Origin: Utricularia gibba
Taxonomy: Eukaryota > Plantae > Magnoliophyta
Direction: 5' to 3'
Assembly: GCA_002189035.1 (NCBI GenBank)
Contig: NEEC01000101.1
Location: 53,918-117,917 of the forward strand
Length of the DNA: 64,000 nt
The notes beneath the pieces are model-generated. The model was given only the letters and a program-made list of their open reading frames with translations. It was not told the DNA's origin and ran no database searches. Within the stretch, counting starts at the first letter, position 1. The number at the start of each line of letters is the position of its first letter. This document shows, in pieces, positions 23,101 through 37,200 of the stretch. The translations under genes and the position numbers were made by a program.

Positions 23101-26100
23101 GGACAAAGTCAGCTGTAGCCCGTCAAAAGAAGTGATGCATTTATTAACGTTGGCTTGTCGGCGGCTGCCCACATGGTTTTAAAGCAACAGCTTGCCGTTT
23201 TAAGGCGGGTGCTGTCGTTGGCAGCTTTGTAAGGCCCAAGGTTCGGTCTGGCTCCTGAGCCCAATCGGGTCCTACTCGATGAAAATCGTGATGCATTTGC
23301 TTTTGTTAGGATGTCATGAGAACCCCAATGGGTTTTCTCCACACTCTACTTTATATTTGAGAAGGCGCTCTCGGGGGTTTAGGGATTGGGCCAGAGGTCG
23401 GGTCGGGCTCACGCCCATAGTCAGTTGTAGCCCGGAAAATAAGTCATGCATTTATCAACGTTGGGTTTTCGGCGGCTGCCTAAATGGTTTTTCAAGCAAC
23501 AGCTTGCCGTTTTAAGGCGGGTGCTGTCGTTGGCAGCTTTGTACGGGCCCAAGGTTTGGTCTGGCTCCTGAGCCCAATCGGGTCCTACTCGATGAAAATC
23601 GTGATGCATTTAATGAAGTTAGGATGTCATGAGCGCCCCAAATGGTTTTCTCAACAACCTGATTTATATTTGACGAGGTGCTCTAGGCTGGCACTAGTAT
23701 CGAGCAAATGGTCGAGTCGCGCTCTGGCCCATAGTCATTTGTAGCCCGGCCAAAAAAGTGATGCATTTATTAACGTTGGGTTTTCGGCGGCTGCCTACAT
23801 GCTTTTTGAGCAAAAGTTGTCGTTTTTTTGGCGGGTGCTGTTGTTGGGAACTTCGTCCGGACCCAAGGTTCGGTCTGACTTCACAGCACAATAAGGTCCC
23901 ATTCGACGAAAATCGTGATACCTTTATTGAAGTTAGGATCTCATGACCGCCCCAAATGCTTTTTTCAACAGCATGCTTAAACTTGAGAAGGCGCTTTTGT
24001 GGGTCACCGAGATCGGGCCGGAATTCGGGTCGGGCTTGGGACAAAGTCAGCTGTAGCCCGTCAAAAGAAGTGATGCATTTATTAACGTTGGCTTGTCGGC
24101 GGCTGCCCACATGGTTTTTAAAGCAACAGCTTGCCGTTTTAAGGCGGGTGCTGTCGTTGGCAGCTTTGTAAGGGCCCAAGGTTCGGTCTGGCTCCTGAGC
24201 CCAATCGGGTCCTACTCGATGAAAATCGTGATGCATTTGCTTTTGTTAGGATGTCATGAGAACCCAATGGGTTTTCTCCACACTCTACTTTATATTTGAG
24301 AAGGCGCTCTCGGGGGTTTAGGGATTGGGCCAGAGGTCGGGTCGGGCTCACGCCCATAGTCAGTTGTAGCCCGGAAAATAAGTGATGCATTTATCAACGT
24401 TGGGTTTTCGGCGGCTGCCTAAATGGTTTTTCAAGCAACAGCTTGCCGTTTTAAGGCGGGTGCTGTCGTTGGCAGCTTTGTAAGGGCCCAAGGTTTGGTC
24501 TGGCTCCTGAGCCCAATCGGGTCCTACTCGATGAAAATCGTGATGCATTTAATGAAGTTAGGATGTCATGAGCGCCCCAAATGGTTTTCTCAACAACCTG
24601 ATTTATATTTGACGAGGTGCTCTAGGCTGGCACTAGTATCGAGCAAATGGTCGAGTCGCGCTCTGGCCCATAGTCATTTGTAGCCGGCCAAAAAAGTGAT
24701 GCATTTATTAACGTTGGGTTTTCGGCGGCTGCCTACATGCTTTTTCAAGGAAAAGTTGTCGTTTTTTGGCGGGTGCTTGTTGGGAACTTCGTCCGGACCC
24801 AAGGTTCGGTCTGACTTCACAGCACAATAAGGTCCCATTCGACGAAAATCGTGATACCTTTATTGAAGTTAGGATCTCATGACCGCCCCAAATGCTTTTT
24901 TCAACAGCATGCTTTAAACTTGAGAAGGCGCTTTTGTGGGTCACCGAGATCGGGCCGGAATTCGGTCGGCTTGGGGGACAAAGTCAGCTGTAGCCCGTCA
25001 AAAGAAGTGATGCATTTATTAACGTTGGGTTGTCGGCGGCTGCCCACATGGTTTTTCAAGCAACAGCTTGCCGTTTTAAGGCGGGTGCTGTCGTTGGCAG
25101 CTTTGTAAGGGCCCAAGGTTCGGTCTGGCTCCTGAGCCCAATCGGGTCCTACTCGATGAAAATCGTGATGCATTTGCTTTTGTTAGGATGTCATGAGAAC
25201 CCAATGGGTTTTCTCCACACTCTACTTTATATTTGAGAAGGCGCTCTCGGGGGGTTTAGGGATTGGGCCAGAGGTCGGGTCGGGCTCACGCCCATAGTCA
25301 GTTGTAGCCCGGAAAATAAGTCATGCATTTATCAACGTTGGGTTTTCGGCGGCTGCCTAAATGGTTTTTCAAGCAACAGCTTGCCGTTTTAAGGCGGGTG
25401 CTGTCGTTGGCAGCTTTGTAAGGGCCCAAGGTTTGGTCTGGCTCCTGAGCCCAATCGGGTCCTACTCGATGAAAATCGTGATGCATTTAATGAAGTTAGG
25501 ATGTCATGAGCGCCCCAAATGGTTTTCTCAACAACCTGATTTATATTTGACGAGGTGCTCTAGGCTGGCACTAGTATCGAGCAAATGGTCGAGTCGCGCT
25601 CTGGCCCATAGTCATTTGTAGCCCGGCAAAAAAAGTGATGCATTTATTAACGTTGGGTTTTCGGCGGCTGCCTACATGCTTTTTCAAGGAAAAGTTGTCG
25701 TTTTTTGGCGGGTGCTGTTGTTGGGAACTTCGTCCGGACCCAAGGTTCGGTCTGACTTCACAGCACAATAAGGTCCCATTCGACGAAAATCGTGATACCT
25801 TTATTGAAGTTAGGATCTCATGACCGCCCCCAAATGCTTTTTTCAACAGCATGCTTAAACTTGAGAAGGCGCTTTTGTGGGTCACCGAGATCGGGCCGGA
25901 ATTCGGTCGGCTTGGGGACAAAGTCAGCTGTAGCCCGTCAAAAGAAGTGATGCATTTATTAACGTTGGGTTGTCGGCGGCTGCCCACATGGTTTTTAAAG
26001 CAACAGCTTGCCGTTTTAAGGCGGGTGCTGTCGTTGGCAGCTTTGTAAGGGCCCAAGGTTCGGTCTGGCTCCTGAGCCCAATCGGGTCCTACTCGATGAA

Positions 26101-29100
26101 AATCGTGATGCATTTGCTTTTGTTAGGATGTCATGAGAACCCCAATGGGTTTTCTCCACACTCTACTTTATATTTGAGAAGGCGCTCTCGGGGGTTTAGG
26201 GATAGAGGTCGGGTCGGGCTCACGCCCATAGTCAGTTGTAGCCCGGAAAATAAGTATGCATTTATCAACGTTGGGTTTTCGGCGGCTGCCTAAATGGTTT
26301 TTCAAGCAACAGCTTGCCGTTTTAAGGCGGGTGCTGTCGTTGGCAGCTTTGTAAGGGCCCAAGGTTTGGTCTGGCTCCTGAGCCCAATCGGGTCCTACTC
26401 GATGAAAATCGTGATGCATTTAATGAAGTTAGGATGTCATGAGCGCCCCAAATGGTTTTCTCAACAACCTGATTTATATTTGACGAGGTGCTCTAGGCTG
26501 GCACTAGTATCGAGCAAATGGTCGAGTCGCGCTCTGGCCCATAGTCATTTGTAGCCCGGCCAAAAAAAGTGATGCATTTATTAACGTTGGGTTTTCGGCG
26601 GCTGCCTACATGCTTTTTCAAGGCAAAAGTTGTCGTTTTTTGGCGGGTGCTGTTGTTGGGACTTCGTCCGGACCCAAGGTTCGGTCTGACTTCACAGCAC
26701 AATAAGGTCCCATTCGACGAAAATCGTGATACCTTTATTGAAGTTAGGATCTCATGATTACCCCAAATGCTTTTTTCAACAGCATGCTATACACTTGAGA
26801 AGGCGCTTTTGTGGGTCACCGAGATCGGCCCGGAATTCGGGTCGAGCTCGGGCCAAAGTCAGCTGTAGCCCGATAAAAGAAGTGATGCATTTATTAACGT
26901 TGGGTTGTCGGCGGCTGCCCACATGGTTTTTCAAGCAACAGCTTGCCGTTTTAAGGCGGGTGCTGTCGTTGGCAGCTTTGTAAGGGCCCAAGGTTTGGTC
27001 TGGCTCCTGAGCCCAATCGGGTCCTACTCGATGAAAATCGTGATGCATTTAATGAAGTTAGGATGTCATGAGCGCCCCAAATGGTTTTCTCAACAACCTG
27101 ATTTATATTTGACGAGGTGCTCTAGGCTGGCACTAGTATCGAGCAAATGGTCGAGTCGCGCTCTGGCCATAGTCATTTGTAGCCTGGTCAAAAAAGTGAT
27201 GCATTTATTAACGTTGGGTTTTCGGCGGCTGCCTACATGCTTTTTGAAGCAAAAGTTGTCGTTTTTTGGCGGTGCTGTTGTTGGGAACTTCGTCCGGACC
27301 CAAGGTTCGGTCTGACTTCACAGCACAATAAGGTCCCATTCGACGAAAATCGTGATACCTTTATTGAAGTTAGGATCTCATGACCGCCCCAAATGCTTTT
27401 TTCAACAGCATGCTTAAACTTGAGAAGGCGCTTTTGTGGGTCACCGAGATCGGGCCGGAATTCGGTCGGGCTTGGGGGACAAAGTCAGCTGTAGCCCGTC
27501 AAAAGAAGTGATGCATTTATTAACGTTGGCTTGTCGGCGGCTGCCACATGGTTTTTAAAGCAACAGCTTGCCGTTTTAAGGCGGGTGCTGTCGTTGGCAG
27601 CTTTGTAAGGGCCCAAGGTTCGGTCTGGCTCCTGAGCCCAATCGGGTCCTACTCGATGAAAATCGTGATGCATTTGCTTTTGTTAGGATGTCATGAGAAC
27701 CCCAATGGGTTTTCTCCACACTCTACTTTATATTTGAGAAGGCGCTCTCGGGGGGTTTAGGGATTGGGCCAGAGGTCGGGTCGGGCTCACGCCCATAGTC
27801 AGTTGTAGCCCGGAAAATAAGTCATGCATTTATCAACGTTGGGTTTTCGGCGGCTGCCTAAATGGTTTTTCAAGCAACAGCTTGCCGTTTTAAGGCGGGT
27901 GCTGTCGTTGGCAGCTTTGTAAGGGCCCAAGGTTTGGTCTGGCTCCTGAGCCCAATCGGGTCCTACTCGATGAAAATCGTGATGCATTTAATGAAGTTAG
28001 GATGTCATGAGCGCCCCAAATGGTTTTCTCAACAACCTGATTTATATTTGACGAGGTGCTCTAGGCTGGCACTAGTATCGAGCAAATGGTCGAGTCGCGC
28101 TCTGGCCCATAGTCATTTGTAGCCCAAAAAAGTGATGCATTTATTAACGTTGGGTTTTCGGCGGCTGCCTACATGCTTTTGAAGCAAAAAGTTGTCGTTT
28201 TTTGGCGGGTGCTGTTGTTGGGAACTTCGTCCGGACCCAAGGTTCGGTCTGACTTCACAGCACAATAAGGTCCCATTCGACGAAAATCGTGATACCTTTA
28301 TTGAAGTTAGGATCTCATGACCACCCCAAATGCTTTTTTCAACATGCTTTAAACTTGAGAAGGCGCTTTTGTGGGTCACCGAGATCGGGCCGGAATTCGG
28401 GTCGGCTCGGGGGACAAAGTCAGCTGTAGCCCGTCAAAAGAAGTGATGCATTTATTAACGTTGGGTTGTCGGCGGCTGCCCACATGGTTTTAAAGCAACA
28501 GCTTGCCGTTTTAAGGCGGGTGCTGTCGTTGGCAGCTTTGTAAGGGCCCAAGGTTCGGTCTGGCTCCTGAGCCCAATCGGGTCCTACTCGATGAAAATCG
28601 TGATGCATTTGCTTTTGTTAGGATGTCATGAGAACCCCAATGGGTTTTCTCCACACTCTACTTTATATTTGAGAAGGCGCTCTCGGGGGGTTTAGGGATT
28701 GGGCCAGAGGTCGGGTCGGGCTCACGCCCATAGTCAGTTGTAGCCCGGAAAATAAGTGATGCATTTATCAACGTTGGGTTTTCGGCGGCTGCCTAAATGG
28801 TTTTTCAAGCAACAGCTTGCCGTTTTAAGGCGGGTGCTGTCGTTGGCAGCTTTGTAAGGGCCCAAGGTTTGGTCTGGCTCCTGAGCCCAATCGGGTCCTA
28901 CTCGATGAAAATCGTGATGCATTTAATGAAGTTAGGATGTCATGAGCGCCCCAAATGGTTTTCTCAACAACCTGATTTATATTTGACGAGGTGCTCTAGG
29001 CTGGCACTAGTATCGAGCAAATGGTCGAGTCGCGCTCTGGCCCATAGTCATTTGTAGCCCGGCCAAAAAAGTGATGCATTTATTAACGTTGGGTTTTCGG

Positions 29101-31206
29101 CGGCTGCCTACATGCTTTTTGAAGGAAAAGTTGTCGTTTTTTGGCGGGTGCTGTTGTTGGGAACTTCGTCCGGACCCAAGGTTCGGTCTGACTTCACAGC
29201 ACAATAAGGTCCCATTCGACGAAAATCGTGATACCTTTATTGAAGTTAGGATCTCATGACCGCCCCAAATGCTTTTTTCAACAGCATGCTTTAAACTTGA
29301 GAAGGCGCTTTTGTGGGTCACCGAGATCGGGCCGGAATTCGGTCGGGCTCCAAGTCAGCTGTAGCCCGAAAAGAAGTGATGCATTTATTAACGTTGGTTG
29401 TCGGCGGCTGCCCACATGGTTTTTAAAGCAACAGCTTGCCGTTTTAAGGCGGGTGCTGTCGTTGGCAGCTTTGTAAGGGCCCAAGGTTCGGTCTGGCTCC
29501 TGAGCCCATCGGGTCCTACTCGATGAAAATCGTGATGCATTTGCTTTTGTTAGGATGTCATGAGAACCCAATGGGTTTTCTCCACACTCTACTTTATATT
29601 TGAGAAGGCTCTCGGGGGGTGGGATTGGGCAGAGGTCGGGTCGGGCTCACGCCCATAGTCAGTTAGCCCGGAAAATAAGTCATGCATTTATCAACGTTGG
29701 GTTTTCGGCGGCTGCCTAAATGGTTTTTCAAGCAACAGCTTGCCGTTTTAAGGCGGGTGCTGTCGTTGGCAGCTTTGTACGGGCCCAAGGTTTGGTCTGG
29801 CTCCTGAGCCCAATCGGGTCCTACTCGATGAAAATCGTGATGCATTTAATGAAGTTAGGATGTCATGAGCGCCCCAAATGGTTTTCTCAACAACCTGATT
29901 TATATTTGACGAGGTGCTCTAGGCTGGCTAGTATCGAGCAAATGAGTCGCGCTCTGGCCCATAGTCATTTGTAGCCCGGCCAAAAAAGTGATGCATTTAT
30001 TAACGTTGGGTTTTCGGCGGCTGCCTACATGCTTTTTGAAGGAAAAGTTGTCGTTTTTTGGCGGGTGCTGTTGTTGGGAACTTCGTCCGGACCCAAGGTT
30101 CGGTCTGACTTCACAGCACAATAAGGTCCCATTCGACGAAAATCGTGATACCTTTATTGAAGTTAGGATCTCATGATTACCCCAAATGCTTTTTTCAACA
30201 GCATGCTATACACTTGAGAAGGCGCTTTTGTGGGTCACCGAGATCGGCCGGAATTCGGGTCGGGGCCCAAAGTCAGCTGTAGCCCGAAAAGAAGTGATGC
30301 ATTTATTAACGTTGGGTTGTCGGCGGCTGCCCACATGGTTTTTCAAGCAACAGCTTGCCGTTTTAAGGCGGGGTGCTGTCGTTGACAGCTTTGTAAGGGC
30401 CCAAGGTTTGGTCTGGCTCCTGAGCCCAATCGGGTCCTACTCGATGAAAATCGTGATGCCAAGGATGTCATGAGCGCCCCAAATGGTTTTCTCAACAACC
30501 TGATTTATATTTGACGAGGTGCTCTAAGTATCGAAAATGGTCGAGTCGCGCTCTGGCCCATAGTCATTTGTAGCCCGGCCAAAAAAGTGATGCATTTATT
30601 AACGTTGGGTTTTCGGCGGCTGCCTACATGCTTTTTGAAGGAAAAGTTGTCGTTTTTTGGCGGGTGCTGTTGTTGGGAACTTCGTCCGGACCCAAGGTTC
30701 GGTCTGACTTCACAGCACAATAAGGTCCCATTTCGACGAAAATCGTGATACCTTTATTGAAGTTAGGATCTCATGACCGCCCCAAATGCTTTTTTCAACA
30801 GCTTTAAACTTGAGAAGGCGCTTTTGTGGGTCACCGAGATCGGGCCGGAATTCAGGTCGGGCTTGGGGGACAAAGTCAGCTGTAGCCCGTCAAAAGAAGT
30901 GATGCATTTATTAACGTTGGCTTGTCGGCGGCTGCCCACATGGTTTTTAAAGCAACAGCTTGCCGTTTTAAGGCGGGTGCTGTCGCAGCTTTGTAAGGGC
31001 CCAAGGTTCGGTCTGGCTCCTGAGCCAATCGGGTCCTACTCGATGAAAATCGTGATGCATTTGCTTTTGTTAGGATGTCATGAGAACCCAATGGGTTTTC
31101 TCCACACTCTACTTTATATTTGAGAAGGCGCTCTCGGGGGGTTTAGGGATTGGGCCAGAGGTCGGGTCGGGCTCACGCCCATAGTCAGTTGTAGCCCGGA
31201 AAATAA
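17191..31206 (+). repeat. 3-mer-dominated HOR run 3,3,3,3,5,3,3,3,3,5,3,3,5
   Basis: HOR starts at 17191, 18125, 19064, 20003, 20941, 22505, 23443, 24382, 25320, 26254, 27821, 28756, 29679 and 31207. The 3-mers are about 923-939 bp. Confidence 0.9.
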
Positions 31207-34200
31207 GTCATGCATTTATCAACGTTGGGTTTTCGGCGGCTGCCTAAATGGTTTTTCAAGCAACAGCTTGCCGTTTTAAGGCGGGTGCTGTCGTTGGCAG
31301 CTTTGTACGGGCCCAAGGTTTGGTCTGGCTCCTGAGCCCAATCGGGTCCTACTCGATGAAAATCGTGATGCATTTAATGAAGTTAGGATGTCATGAGCGC
31401 CCCAAATGGTTTTCTCAACAACCTGATTTATATTTGACGAGGTGCTCTAGGCTGGCACTAGTATCGAGCAAATGGTCGAGTCGCGCTCTGGCCCATAGTC
31501 ATTTGTAGCCCGGCCAAAAAAGTGATGCATTTATTAACGTTGGGTTTTCGGCGGCTGCCTACATGCTTTTTGAGGCAAAAGTTGTCGTTTTTTGGCGGGT
31601 GCTGTTGTTGGGAACTTCGTCCGGACCCAAGGTTCGGTCTGACTTCACAGCACAATAAGGTCCCATTCGACGAAAATCGTGATACCTTTATTGCTGTTAG
31701 GATCTCATGATTACCCCAAATGCTTTTTTCAACAGCATGCTATACACTTGAGAAGGCGCTTTTTGTGGTCACCGAGATCGGCCGGAATTCGGGTCGAGCT
31801 CGGGCCCAAAGTCAGCTGTAGCCCGATAAAAGAAGTGATGCATTTATTAACGTTGGGTTGTCGGCGGCTGCCCACATGGTTTTTCAAGCAACAGCTTGCC
31901 GTTTTAAGGCGGGTGCTGTCGTTGGCAGCTTTGTAAGGGCCCAAGGTTTGGTCTGGCTCCTGAGCCAATCGGGTCCTACTCGATGAAAATCGTGATGCAT
32001 TTAATGAAGTTAGGATGTCATGAGCGCCCAAATGGTTTTCTCAACAACCTGATTTATATTTGACGAGGTGCTCTAGGCTGGCACTAGTATCGAGCAAATG
32101 GTCGAGTCGCGCTCTGGCCCATAGTCATTTGTAGCCTGGTCAAAAAAGCGATGCATTTATTAACGTTGGGTTTTCGGCGGCTGCCTACATGCTTTTTGAA
32201 GCAAAAGTTGTCGTTTTTTGGCGGGTGCTGTTGTTGGGAACTTCGTCCGGACCCAAGGTTCGGTCTGACTTCACAGCACAATAAGGTCCATTCGACGAAA
32301 ATCGTGATACCTTTATTGAAGTTAGGATCTCATGACCGCCCAAATGCTTTTTTCAACAGCATGCTTTAAACTTGAGAAGGCGCTTTTGTGGGTCACCGAG
32401 ATCGGGCCGGAATTCAGGTCGGGCTTGGGGACAAAGTCAGCTGTAGCCCGTCAAAAGAAGTGATGCATTTATTAACGTTGGCTTGTCGGCGGCTGCCCAC
32501 ATGGTTTTTAAAGCAACAGCTTGCCGTTTTAAGGCGGGTGCTGTCGTTGGCAGCTTTGTAAGGGCCCAAGGTTCGGTCTGGCTCCTGAGCCAATCGGGTC
32601 CTACTCGATGAAAATCGTGATGCATTTGCTTTTGTTAGGATGTCATGAGAACCCCAATGGGTTTTCTCCACACTCTACTTTATATTTGAGAAGGCGCTCT
32701 CGGGGGGTTTAGGGATTGGGCCAGAGGTCGGGTCGGGCTCACGCCCATAGTCAGTTGTAGCCCGGAAAATAAGTCATGCATTTATCAACGTTGGGTTTTC
32801 GGCGGCTGCCTAAATGGTTTTTCAAGCAACAGCTTGCCGTTTTAAGGCGGGTGCTGTCGTTGGCAGCTTTGTACGGGCCCAAGGTTTGGTCTGGCTCCTG
32901 AGCCCAATCGGGTCCTACTCGATGAAAATCGTGATGCATTTAATGAAGTTAGGATGTCATGAGCGCCCCAAATGGTTTTCTCAACAACCTGATTTATATT
33001 TGACGAGGTGCTCTAGGCTGGCACTAGTATCGAGCAAATGGTCGAGTCGCGCTCTGGCCCATAGTCATTTGTAGCCCGGCCAAAAAAGTGATGCATTTAT
33101 TAACGTTGGGTTTTCGGCGGCTGCCTACATGCTTTTTGAAGCAAAAGTTGTCGTTTTTTGGCGGGTGCTGTTGTTGGGAACTTCGTCCGGACCCAAGGTT
33201 CGGTCTGACTTCACAGCACAATAAGGTCCCATTCGACGAAAATCGTGATACCTTTATTGCTGTTAGGATCTCATGATTACCCCAAATGCTTTTTTCAACA
33301 GCATGCTATACACTTGAGAAGGCGCTTTTGTGGGTCACCGAGATCGGCCCGGAATTCGGGTCGAGCTCGGGCCCAAAGTCAGCTGTAGCCCGATAAAAGA
33401 AGTGATGCATTTATTAACGTTGGGTTGTCGGCGGCTGCCCACATGGTTTTTCAAGCAACAGCTTGCCGTTTTAAGGCGGGTGCTGTCGTTGGCAGCTTTG
33501 TAAGGGCCCAAGGTTTGGTCTGGCTCCTGAGCCCAATCGGGTCCTACTCGATGAAAATCGTGATGCATTTAATGAAGTTAGGATGTCATGAGCGCCCCAA
33601 ATGGTTTTCTCAACAACCTGATTTATTTTGACGAGGTGCTCTAGGCTGGCACTAGTATCGAGCAAATGGTCGAGTCGCGCTCTGGCCCATAGTCATTTGT
33701 AGCCCGGCAAAAAAGCGATGCATTTATTAACGTTGGGTTTTCGGCGGCTGCCTACATGCTTTTTGAAGCAAAAGTTGTCGTTTTTTGGCGGGTGCTGTTG
33801 TTGGGAACTTCGTCCGGACCCAAGGTTCGGTCTGACTTCACAGCACAATAAGGTCCCATTCGACGAAAATCGTGATACCTTTATTGAAGTTAGGATCTCA
33901 TGACCGCCCAAATGCTTTTTTCAACAGCATGCTTTAAACTTGAGAAGGCGCTTTTGTGGGTCACCGAGATCGGGCCGGAATTCAGGTCGGGCTTGGGGGA
34001 CAAAGTCAGCTGTAGCCCGTCAAAAGAAGTGATGCATTTATTAACGTTGGCTTGTCGGCGGCTGCCCACATGGTTTTTAAAGCAACAGCTTGCCGTTTTA
34101 AGGCGGGTGCTGTCGTTGGCAGCTTTGTAAGGGCCCAAGGTTCGGTCTGGCTCCTGAGCCCAATCGGGTCCTACTCGATGAAAATCGTGATGCATTTGCT

Positions 34201-37200
34201 TTTGTTAGGATGTCATGAGAACCCCAATGGGTTTTCTCCACACTCTACTTTATATTTGAGAAGGCGCTCTCGGGGGTTTAGGGATTGGGCCAGAGGTCGG
34301 GTCGGGCTCACGCCCATAGTCAGTTGTAGCCCGGAAAATAAGTCATGCATTTATCAACGTTGGGTTTTCGGCGGCTGCCTAAATGGTTTTTCAAGCAACA
34401 GCTTGCCGTTTTAAGGCGGGTGCTGTCGTTGGCAGCTTTGTACGGGCCCAAGGTTTGGTCTGGCTCCTGAGCCCAATCGGGTCCTACTCGATGAAAATCG
34501 TGATGCATTTAATGAAGTTAGGATGTCATGAGCGCCCCAAATGGTTTTCTCAACAACCTGATTTATATTTGACGAGGTGCTCTAGGCTGGCACTAGTATC
34601 GAGCAAATGGTCGAGTCGCGCTCTGGCCCATAGTCATTTGTAGCCCGGCCAAAAAAGTGATGCATTTATTAACGTTGGGTTTTCGGCGGCTGCCTACATG
34701 CTTTTTGAAGGAAAAGTTGTCGTTTTTTGGCGGGTGCTGTTGTTGGGAACTTCGTCCGGACCCAAGGTTCGGTCTGACTTCACAGCACAATAAGGTCCCA
34801 TTCGACGAAAATCGTGATACCTTTATTGAAGTTAGGATCTCATGATTACCCAAATGCTTTTTTCAACAGCATGCTATACACTTGAGAAGGCGCTTTTGTG
34901 GGTCACCGAGATCGGCCCGGAATTCGGGTCGAGCTCGGGCCAAAGTCAGCTGTAGCCCGATAAAAGAAGTGATGCATTTATTAACGTTGGGTTGTCGGCG
35001 GCTGCCCACATGGTTTTTCAAGCAACAGCTTGCCGTTTTAAGGCGGGTGCTGTCGTTGGCAGCTTTGTAAGGGCCCAAGGTTTGGTCTGGCTCCTGAGCC
35101 CAATCGGGTCCTACTCGATGAAAATCGTGATGCATTTAATGAAGTTAGGATGTCATGAGCGCCCCAAATGGTTTTCTCAACAACCTGATTTATATTTGAC
35201 GAGGTGCTCTAGGCTGGCACTAGTATCGAGCAAATGGTCGAGTCGCGCTCTGGCCCATAGTCATTTGTAGCCCCAAAAAGTGATGCATTTATTAACGTTG
35301 GGTTTTCGGCGGCTGCCTACATGCTTTTTGAAGCAAAAGTTGTCGTTTTTTGGCGGGTGCTGTTGTTGGGAACTTCGTCCGGACCCAAGGTTCGGTCTGA
35401 CTTCACAGCACAATAAGGTCCCATTCGACGAAAATCGTGATACCTTTATTGAAGTTAGGATCTCATGAACCCCAAATGCTTTTTTCAACAGCATGCTATA
35501 CACTTGAGAAGGCGCTTTGGGTCACCGAGATCGGCCCGGAATTCGGGTCGGCTCGGGCCCAAAGTCAGCTGTAGCCCGAAAAGAAGTGATGCATTTATTA
35601 ACGTTGGGTTGTCGGCGGCTGCCCACATGGTTTTTCAAGCAACAGCTTGCCGTTTTAAGGCGGGTGCTGTCGTTGGCAGCTTTGTAAGGGCCCAAGGTTT
35701 GGTCTGGCTCCTGAGCCCAATCGGGTCCTACTCGATGAAAATCGTGATGCATTTAATGAAGTTAGGATGTCATGAGCGCCCCAAATGGTTTTCTCAACAA
35801 CCTGATTTATATTTGACGAGGTGCTCTAGGCTGGCACTAGTATCGAGCAAATGGTCGAGTCGCGCTCTGGCCCATAGTCATTTGTAGCCCGGCAAAAAAG
35901 TGATGCATTTATTAACGTTGGGTTTTCGGCGGCTGCCTACATGCTTTTTGAAGCAAAAGTTGTCGTTTTTTGGCGGGTGCTGTTGTTGGGAACTTCGTCC
36001 GGACCCAAGGTTCGGTCTGACTTCACAGCACAATAAGGTCCCATTCGACGAAAATCGTGATACCTTTATTGAAGTTAGGATCTCATGACCGCCCAAATGC
36101 TTTTTTCAACAGCATGCTTTAAACTTGAGAAGGCGCTTTTGTGGGTCACCGAGATCGGGCCGGAATTCAGGTCGGGCTTGGGGGACAAAGTCAGCTGTAG
36201 CCCGTCAAAAGAAGTGATGCATTTATTAACGTTGGGTTGTCGGCGGCTGCCCACATGGTTTTTCAAGCAACAGCTTGCCGTTTTAAGGCGGGTGCTGTCG
36301 TTGGCAGCTTTGTAAGGGCCCAAGGTTCGGTCTGGCTCCTGAGCCCAATCGGGTCCTACTCGATGAAAATCGTGATGCATTTGCTTTTGTTAGGATGTCA
36401 TGAGAACCCCAATGGGTTTTCTCCACACTCTACTTTATATTTGAGAAGGCGCTCTCGGGGGTTTAGGGATTGGGCCAAGGTCGGGTCGGGCTCGCAGTCA
36501 GTTGTAGCCCGGAAAATAAGTCATGCATTTATCAACGTTGGGTTTTCGGCGGCTGCCTAAATGGTTTTTCAAGCAACAGCTTGCCGTTTTAAGGCGGGTG
36601 CTGTCGTTGGCAGCTTTGTAAGGGCCCAAGGTTTGGTCTGGCTCCTGAGCCCAATCGGGTCCTACTCGATGAAAATCGTGATGCATTTAATGAAGTTAGG
36701 ATGTCATGAGCGCCCCAAATGGTTTTCTCAACAACCTGATTTATATTTGACGAGGTGCTCTAGGCTGGCACTAGTATCGAGCAAATGGTCGAGTCGCGCT
36801 CTGGCCCATAGTCATTTGTAGCCCGGCCAAAAAAGTGATGCATTTATTAACGTTGGGTTTTCGGCGGCTGCCTACATGCTTTTTGAAGGAAAAGTTGTCG
36901 TTTTTTGGCGGGTGCTGTTGTTGGGAACTTCGTCCGGACCCAAGGTTCGGTCTGACTTCACAGCACAATAAGGTCCCATTCGACGAAAATCGTGATACCT
37001 TTATTGAAGTTAGGATCTCATGACCCCAAATGCTTTTTTCAACAGCATGCTATACACTTGAGAAGGCGCTTTTGTGGGTCACCGAGATCGGCCGGAATTC
37101 GGGTCGAGCTCGGGCCCAAGTCAGCTGTAGCCGATAAAAAGAAGTGATGCATTTATTAACGTTGGGTTGTCGGCGGCTGCCCACATGGTTTTTCAAGCAA

